Shown in pieces: positions 49,765-58,641 of a DNA stretch of 58,641 bases. Every line of letters starts with the position of its first letter. The stretch's first letter is position 1. The position numbers and the translations under genes were made by a program. The notes beneath the pieces were generated by a model. The model did no database searches, had not been told where the DNA came from, and worked only from the letters and a program-made list of their open reading frames with translations. This DNA comes from Octopus bimaculoides (taxonomy: Eukaryota), in NCBI RefSeq assembly GCF_001194135.2, contig NC_068981.1:179269874-179328514 (forward strand), given 5' to 3'.

Positions 49765-50200
49765 ATTGGCAAAGCTAGCAGAAAGCGGTCCAAGTGTTGA
49801 TAAACCGACACATTGTTACAGAGATGGAGTTGATGTTACATGTTGAATGAATACCAAATTAATGGGACATGGGGTTTAGGTGTGCGTGAGAGTGAAGTAT
49901 AGGTAATGTGTGTTTCACTCATTGGTAGTTAATCAAGTGGTCAGCCGTAAGAAGTTTGACGATTATTTAAAGTTTTAGTTGGTGTCTCTGATCTAGAAAT
50001 ATCCTGTTTTCCCTACTTTTAGTGGGAATACTCTTTAAAATTCTATAACATCCTGGGGACCTCCAGACATGGTGTCTTGCCAGTGTTTTACATGACTCCG
50101 TTTCTCATGTTAGGGAAATGAGATTTTTCAATCCTTTGCCGTATCGGACCACATCTTCTCTCTTTCAAATTCCGTATATTGTGAGATACATATACAGAAG
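49765..50200 (-). pseudogene. Old CR1/L2-like LINE 3' coding remnant
   Basis: Minus strand VYQHLDRFLLALP resembles the CR1 C-terminal LDxFL..PD motif; shares ACTACCAATGAGT with about 53626-53638. Confidence 0.4.
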
Positions 50201-50266
50201 CGTAATTCCTTTCGCTTGTATATTTGCAAGTAATTATGGTATCAAGAAAGACCGTATCCAGTTTCT

Positions 50267-50300
<34 letters not shown>

Positions 50301-51890
50301 NNNNNNNNNNNNNNNNNNNNNNNNNNNNNNNNNNNNNNNNNNNNNNNNNNNNNNNNNNNNNNNNNNNNNNNNNNNNNNNNNNNNNNNNNNNNNNNNNNNN
50401 NNNNNNNNNNNNNNNNNNNNNNNNNNNNNNNNNNNNNNNNNNNNNNNNNNNNNNNNNNNNNNNNNNNNNNNNNNNNNNNNNNNNNNNNNNNNNNNNNNNN
50501 NNNNNNNNNNNNNNNNNNNNNNNNNNNNNNNNNNNNNNNNNNNNNNNNNNNNNNNNNNNNNNNNNNNNNNNNNNNNNNNNNNNNNNNNNNNNNNNNNNNN
50601 NNNNNNNNNNNNNNNNNNNNNNNNNNNNNNNNNNNNNNNNNNNNNNNNNNNNNNNNNNNNNNNNNNNNNNNNNNNNNNNNNNNNNNNNNNNNNNNNNNNN
50701 NNNNNNNNNNNNNNNNNNNNNNNNNNNNNNNNNNNNNNNNNNNNNNNNNNNNNNNNNNNNNNNNNNNNNNNNNNNNNNNNNNNNNNNNNNNNNNNNNCGG
50801 CGATGTTAAAAATGTAAACTTCTCCTCAGGGAAAAGTATGAGAACCAACTTAAACGTAAGACATTATAATCGAATATGAGAACTATAGTTAGAGAAGGTT
50901 ATAACGTAATTCATTTGAAAAAACCGTTAGAGAATAGGACGCTACCAGATAGTGCGTTGGACAAGAAGTGAAGAAGAGAAAAGAAAAAAGAAAAAAAGGG
51001 GAAAGAAAATTCAGAGTGTAGAATTAGGAGACGATAGAATAATATAAATCCGATAAAAATTGGAGAGGAATGTTATGTAATAAAAAGACATTATAAATGG
51101 AGTTAATCTTGTGTATACCCACATAAGCACATACATAAACACACATGCATACATATATATATGTATGATTCATTGCTCATTCATAATTAATTTATGCATA
51201 TAGGCATATGCAGACAGAGACAAAGATAACATGCATAGACATACATATATACGGGATTTTGTCTAAACTGTATATTACTGATATAAAAAAAATAGGAAAC
51301 TAACCAAATTTATATGGGCATTAGAAAAGAGGCGGTAAAAAACGATTGAGTGTAGTTGGAATCATATGAATGAGCAAGGACAAGAAAAATAACCAGAACC
51401 AGAACACGATTAAATGTATTCTTATCCAATACATAATATAATTATATTCTGTCCTTGCTGAGAGTTAGCACGGGAAGGAACTCGATCGAAATAAATAGAT
51501 AAATTATACGTAATATGTAAAGACAAATATTATTTTATGGAAATCAATTATTAGGCATTTTGTGATTTGACAAATCTTTTCTTTTTCATCGAGCAGGATA
51601 TTTCATGGAATCTTCATTTAGGAAAATTCCATGAATAAGATTAAATATAATGGAACTGCTTACATAATCTACCAGATTAAATGTATAAGCGGATGTAAAT
51701 ATCTAGTTAGAGCTCTCCGATATCAAGGAAGGAAAATACTACCATCAGTATCATTAACGTTAATGGAGAATAATGCGACTGTGACATATTAATTGGTATT
51801 ACTTGAGATACTTTAACGAAACCTGCTCCATTACTCGATTGCATATGTTGTGGATAGGTTATTCTTTTATTCAACTATTCCTGCACCTGC

Positions 51891-52066
51891 TTCAGTCGTT
51901 AGACTGCGGCCATGCTGGAGCACCGCTTTAAGTCGAACAAATTGACCTCAAGACTACTTCTTTATAAACTTAGTACTTATTCTATCTGATTGGTTTACCG
52001 AACCGTTAGGTTACGGGGACGTAAACACACCAACATCGGTTCTCAAGCGATGGTCGGGAGACAATT
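51891..52066 (-). mobile_element. SINE S1 3' half
   Basis: TTCAGTCGTTAGACTGCGGCCATGCTGGAGCACCGC... Confidence 0.85.
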
Positions 52067-52289
52067 ACAAACACAAAGATGCACACACAAATATATATAC
52101 ATATACATACATACATCCATACATGCACACACACACGCACGCACACACACACACACACACACACATACCGCAGCAGGTTTTGGTTTGTGTAAGTATATGT
52201 CTATGCATCCACACATATTTATATGCATATATACAGACACACATATATACATGTACATACATATGTATATGTACACACATACACACATA

Positions 52290-52632
52290 TGATGGTGTGG
52301 TAAGAAGCTTCCTTCACAACCACGTGGTTCTGGGTTCAGTCGCACTGCGTGACACCTTGGCCATGTGCCGACCCACGCCTTGTCAGTGGATTTGGTAGAC
52401 GGAAACTGAAAGAAGTTCGTTGTGTATATATATGTATATATCTATGATAGCGCCTCTTTGTGTCTATGTTTATACCCCGCTCTCACTGTTTGACAACTGG
52501 TGTTGGTATGTTTATATTCCCGTAAAGTAGGGGTTCGGTAAGATGGACCGATAGAATAAACACCAGCATTAACAAGAAATAAGTACTAGTGTCGATGAAT
52601 ATGACTAAAAATTCAGTCTAATGACTGAAACA
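52290..52632 (+). mobile_element. SINE S1, diverged, small internal deletion
   Basis: GGTGTGGTAAGAAGCTT head through ATGACTGAAACA tail. Confidence 0.8.
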
Positions 52633-52634
52633 GC

Positions 52635-52665
<31 letters not shown>

Positions 52666-52962
52666 TATATATATATATATATANNNNNNNNNNNNNNNNN
52701 NNNNNNNNNNNNNNNNNNNNNNNNNNNNNNNNNNNNNNNNNNNNNNNNNNNNNNNNNNNNNNNNNNNNNNNNNNNNNNNNNNNNNNNNNNNNNNNNNNNN
52801 NNNNNNNNNNNNNNNNNNNNNNNNNNNNNNNNNNNNNNNNNNNNNNNNNNNNNNNNNNNAGTTACGAGGACGTAAACACACCAGTATCGGGTATCAAGCG
52901 ATGTTAGCAGGACAACACAGACACACAAACACACACACGGACACACACACACGCGCATACAC

Positions 52963-53023
<61 letters not shown>

Positions 53024-53499
53024 CATGTGAGTGTGTGTATACATATACACATACACAGTTGTATATGTATGTGTGCGTATGTGTATGTATGTGTGTATGT
53101 ATGTATGTGTGTTGGTGTGTGTACACTGTCTTTCAAGAAATGATACGGTGATTACAACTATAGATCCTTCGGATTTACTTTGGGTTAAATAACATCATCA
53201 CCATCAACAACAACGACAAAAGCTACGTATCACGGACATTATTGAAGTACGTATGAGATGTAATAGATATGAGTTTTAAAAACTACTACGCCAATAAACA
53301 AAGGCTTGTTAAAATATAGCGTAAAAGCTGAAGACGACCAGAGTTTACACTGATACATAAGTAATGTTAAATTACTGATACCTTAATGAGTCATCAACCT
53401 CTATTGATATCTTTAGTCTTGTATGTATCAACAATAACAACAGATAATTAATTGGTTCCTACTTTTGTTCTCAGAGTTGGTGCTTTCATCTTTATATAC

Positions 53500-56100
53500 G
53501 CATGCTTGTATTATTACTCAGATAAATACCTTTGTATAATCTCTGTAAACTAGTGCAATTTCCGTTTTCTTAGTAAACTTCCAGTTGGGAATTTTGTGAA
53601 ATACCTAATGTTGACTCATTGGTAGTGTTTTGTATTTTAGACCACGGATGAGCGAATAGTTACATTAACACCACTTTGACTTTAAGAAGTCAATAAATAC
53701 AAAAGTGAATGTTTGTTTGAAACATTTGTTTAACACTATAGATATTTAAATAAGATTCATTTTGTGAAGGAATACTTTCATGGTCTATGTAATTCTTTAC
53801 AAACTAAGAAGGTGAACGTTCCGGATGGTTCTCATTTTCGATAGTGTTATACTTTTCACAAACAACATTTTAAATCACCTTTTCTATTTCCATGCGTTAA
53901 GATATCTATGGAATACAATACAGCATTGCAGAAGTACAATGCTTTAATCCAGCGCCTATATTTTACTTATATTAGGTCAGATTGGTAACCGAGTTAAATA
54001 CACTATTGCAGATAGTAACATCACCTATCGGTTCAAACTATGCTATGTTTGACTGCTTTCAACCCTGTGAGATCAATAAAATAAGAAACTATCAAATATT
54101 GAAATCGATTATATCGAGAAAATCTTCATTCTAAATTCGTAGTATTGTGCCAATATTAGAAGACGCTAGTATTCGATGATTGAATGTTTAGACATGTCGA
54201 GGAAGCTTGCGAAATTTGGGAAAATTATTACTTTCTATAGAATCTAAGTTGCTGGGGTTGTTTCATTGAATTTGGAATGAAATGCATTTCTGTAAGGAAT
54301 ATCAACCTACTATAGGTAATACTTGACATTTATAAACTCGGACAGATTAGTAACACTTAGATACCCTTGTCATAGAAATGCTGGGAATTTTCTATGGTCC
54401 ATGTAGTTGGTTATACGGACCGCATTTTTAAGAAGGGGACCTATTATCTGAAGCTCTATATGCAATTTCTGGTGTGAAGTACATACAAGAGCATTTACGA
54501 TGGTCATTGTTTCGTAACAGATATTGGTGAGGATGATAAAGAAATATAGACTCACCAGTGATGAGAATAACTCTTGAATATTTCAAAATATGAATGTTTT
54601 GGGTGCGAAGTACCGAGGTGCAAACTAAATCACTGTATATTGCTTGAAGGATTGTGATTGTTGTGCGGTGTCCGATACTGAACAGACGTACTGCTTCGTT
54701 TCAACCTCATTCTGCTGAGTTATGTGTAAGTGAACGGAATATAAAGGGCGAACTTCAAAGACTACTTTGAGAGGTGAACCTATATGAATAGTTTATAGCA
54801 GCTTCTTAATTGATTTGGTACTGAGTGTCTACGCAAAGAGAATATTTGTCATGACTCCATGGTCTACTCTTTCAATTTATCCGAACACATCACACTGTCA
54901 TGTGTCTTGCTTGTGTAGCGGACTAGAAAAACATTACCAGTTCTCAGTAGGGAAATAGTCACATTTCTGAAGAAGGCTATACCAATAAATGCACAGTGGA
55001 AGATTTGGGCCATGGTTCCATTGAACCTTGTGGCACTTGTTCTGGATAGCGCTATTAAGCTCAAAAAATTCAAATCAGTCAAATGCGTCCAATAGATCTG
55101 TTCATCGCTAACTGGTTGATGATATTTGCGTAGATGGTTTTAATCCTGCTTTTAAAAGTTTTCATAAAGGCATCTTTTTGATGGCCAGAGTAAATGGACA
55201 TATAAACGAGTCGTTTCGCAAATGAACCATTTGGCATCATTGTCCCAACTGGTTTTGGCTCCTGAACCGTTTTTATGGAAACTGGATGAATTAAATAATG
55301 CAATTCTCGAAGTGGGATCCAATAAGGTGATGTTGCATATGTGGGTGAAGTTATCATCTCTTTATCAGATATGTAGAATTTAAAATCAATAGATTGCATA
55401 GGTAGAAAAGACAGATTCCTTTCGTGAGAAAACCAGTCTTGTATTAATACTTAAGGAGAATTTTATGATGATTTCGCTAATAATGAAAATACTGAGGCTG
55501 CGATATCTGCAGAGGTTTTCCGGCGACCGGCGATCGTTGTATGAAGTATTTTTCTGAACCTAATGTAGTTGAGCTGCTATCCTGAAAACCAGAGAATTCT
55601 CGACTTCTTTTGAATTGCCATATTCTTACAGATCTCTGCGAGCTTGGCTATGCGAACCATCGCTTTCGCTCTTGCATTCACTATAGATTTGGAATCGGAT
55701 TATGAACAACAGCTTGCTTACGTTCTGATTTTCGATTATAATAGCTTGAGCAAATCTTTTGAAGGATGGCACCGGAATTTATGCAAGTTCATTACAAAGA
55801 CGATGCTGCTGTCTTCCTTTGTGAAGGAATCGCAGGTAGATCCTTTCACTTGATAGCTGCTTTTGCTGAAAAGCCGAAGAATAAAATTTCCTCTACTTTT
55901 ATAAGTATTAATCCATAAGACAATCGAGAAAGGAGCTGTGTGTCTTCAGTAAATCTCTTGAGAAATGTGTGAGAACTGCAGTTATAATGTGGAAAGAATT
56001 GTAAAAACCTTAGATTGTGTTGCTGCTTGGAGTCAGGAGCAGAGTGGTTGTGGTTTGGAGTGGGGTAGAAGGCATTATCATCCATAGCAATCTTTCCGTA
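53500..56100 (-). pseudogene. Highly decayed CR1/L2-like LINE RT region
   Basis: Minus-strand motif relics in the expected order: HQPVS (NYRPVS-like), ERVDHGV (DKVDHG-like), LYFFIILTNIC (LLFLIYINDI-like), LQCC..AWK (LQRR..VWK-like), RGLKYKTLPMS; many stops and frameshifts. Confidence 0.45.
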
Positions 56101-56842
56101 ATGGTAAGTTTTATTATGTATTTTGTATATTGAGATTATTTAAAATACTTGCATCATATATGCTGCATACATCCTTGTGCATGAAGACTGAATTTAATGT
56201 GGATGGCAAAAATGTTAAAGTCACGCAAAATCATTTGCGGTATTTAGTAATTTCCCTTCCTAAAGTTAGTCCATAAACGTGTGTTGAAAAAATTTCAAAC
56301 AGAAAATATCTAGGACTATAATATCCAAGGAGATATATTTTGTTTTAATTTCAAAAACACGAGATTGGATCTATTGGAAATTTCTGAGCCAAAGTTTGCA
56401 TATCGAGTGATTACGATAAGATTCCCTCGCATATTCCAGTGTGCCCCATTTGAATAATTATGGAATAATTATGATAATATCACATGATTTAGATAAATGA
56501 AAAAAGATATGTATAAAGAATAGTAGCTACAATATAGACATTAGTGACATTGTTTCTGCAAGCTACTTTGGTTCAAAAATGAAAATAGATAAAATCTGGG
56601 AGAAATGTGTTTCGCCGATGGCAATATTAAATCAACGAAAGAGAAGCAGAATTTAAAAAGGAATCGTTAAGGCTAACACCAACATCAACATCAACAACAA
56701 CATCAACATCAACACCAACATCAACATCAACACCAACACCAACAACTGATTAGATTAGAATAAGAGCGGAAACAAAAGCAAAATTTCATCCAATGATTAA
56801 TTTATGTATACTGATCTTCCCTATTTGAAGAAAAAAAAGCAC

Positions 56843-57070
56843 TTTGTGCATTGAGCGGAGGCAATGTTGGCTTCAAGATTTGGCACAATGCCAGAGGTTT
56901 TGAGGGCGGTGTTAAGTCGTTTACAACAACTCCAGTGCTCAACTGGTATTTTACCGACCCCGAAAAGATGATGGGTAAAGTCGACTGCGGCGGAATTTGC
57001 ACTCAAAACGTAAAGGCGGATGAAATATCACCAAGTATTTCGCCCTGCGTGCAAACGATTCTGCCAGCTC
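56843..57070 (-). mobile_element. SINE S2
   Basis: TTTGGCACAATGCCAG...GGTAAAGTCGACTGCGGCGGAATTTGCACTCAAAACG. Confidence 0.8.
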
Positions 57071-58518
57071 ACCGCCTTATTGCCGAAGAAGTATCAAAAT
57101 GTGTTTGCTCAAGGTGGAAAGTCTTATTGAAAATTATGTGACTTGTTGCAAGCACTAATTGATCTCTCCTGATTCCATTTACGCGGACTCCCTAACAAGG
57201 ATTTGTAATTTGATGTATGTCACTCGAGTGGAAAATCGTGGTGCCGTGGGTTGTTTTTATTCAATGCACGATATATATATATTTTAGGAAAAGAAATCAT
57301 TGTTTCCTTAATTCTGATTGCATAGCTATGCGTATATAATAACTCAAATTCGACATTGCTTTTCGTCCTTTCAGGATCGATAAAATGAGTACCAATTGAG
57401 CATTGGTGTCGAGGTAATCGATTTTGACACTCATACAAAATGTACTGTCCTCGTTCCTAAATTTGAAACCATTATATATTGTCATTTCATACTATTGAAT
57501 TTTTTCCTCCTTTCATTATAACTTCGAATATTTCGTAATTTTGAACTTAAATTCTTTCCATTTGATCGTCGCTTTCGATCTATGGTGAACTATATAAGAA
57601 CATTTTCATGATATCTTTCTACCTTTAATATACTAGTATAGTTAAACACGTCTTTATGATATTATTGTATTTTATTTTCTAACTAAGTTATAAGATATAA
57701 CCATTTCAACTTTGAATTAATTGTATTGATTTTCTACATATCCCAAATATATTTTTTCACGTTCTTACGTATTTAGAAACTGGATTTTGTTCGTTTATTT
57801 TGATCGACCTTGTTGCTGTGTCTCTGTGTCCAATTTCTTTCTTTTTTTTTTTGTTGTTTTCCTCCCTCCTTTCATCCTTCAGTAATGATACCTTTAGGCC
57901 TCTAAATAAAATTTCTAAAAATCGCATGCTTTCTAATCGCTTCTACTTAACCCGACTTTTGTAAATGCTTATCTATATTTATTACAAATTACCAACTGTA
58001 ATTTATAATATCTTTAAACTACAGTCCGCTCTTCTGTTGTTTTATTTTCATCTTCTTTTTTCCTCTTTTTTCCGCCTCTTTTTCTCTTCTATGTGTTTCT
58101 CCTGTGACTAGCAACAATGCAAACTCCGCTGACCCTTTTTTTATAGGAAGCATATTTATGTATAAAAAACTTACTTGATTTCTGTGATACTCATTCATCA
58201 TTGTCTTTTAAATTCATAACTGTAAGGGACATAGTTCTCAAACTCTTGGTTTTTAAAAGAGTTATAGCGTTTTTATTTCGATAATATTTATACATATTTT
58301 TGGTCAATGGTCAATCGCTTTCATCCAGTATGTTCCTGTAATTTTGAAATGTTCAGTCAGGTTAAAAGTTTTATCTCACGAGTTCCTAAATGATTATCAC
58401 TGCGTCATTCATAAACATTCATAAGCCATCATATTGCTCAAGACACTAGCGATGCTATCTCATATTTAGTCGCGTGACAATCTCAGTAATATTCCTGAAA
58501 GATTTCCAGTTTCCATAG

Positions 58519-58582
<64 letters not shown>

Positions 58583-58641
58583 TCCTCTCTTCCTCTCCCC
58601 TCCCATACCCATCTTCCCCCTCTCTTACATCCACCTTCCCC

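Noticed and set aside
1053-53143. Long ORFs in the supplied track rich in X, IY, HT, CV, SL, poly-I/L/S
   Set aside because: They are translations of N-gaps and microsatellites

Overview
AT-rich, repeat-dense eukaryotic DNA with about 20 N-gaps, most of them flanked by microsatellites (a short-read assembly signature). The SINE families and simple-repeat load suggest a coleoid cephalopod, probably Octopus; this is inference from family resemblance, not a database search. I found no supportable host protein-coding gene, and most ORF-track entries are microsatellite or gap artefacts. Content: (1) many tRNA-derived SINE copies from about 4 families; (2) decayed LINEs (R4/Dong-type RLE elements sitting in (TAA)n, a Tx1/L1-like element lacking EN-RT, an RTE endonuclease split across strands, old CR1/L2-like remnants); (3) Tc1/mariner remnants (DD36E-spaced Tc1, maT-like, mariner), a 145-bp foldback MITE and Helitron-like non-autonomous elements; (4) an intron-containing tRNA-Leu(CAA) gene or pseudogene; (5) the most notable signal, several Penelope-like element (PLE) pieces carrying minimal type-I hammerhead ribozyme (HHR) motifs. 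These include an ORF-less cluster of ~532-bp monomers in inverted plus tandem arrangement (17.4-18.5 kb), resembling a retrozyme. A diverged relative at 45.3-45.6 kb has ribozyme stems that differ in sequence but still pair. All alignments and folds were done by eye, so element boundaries are approximate unless a TSD or TIR is cited.
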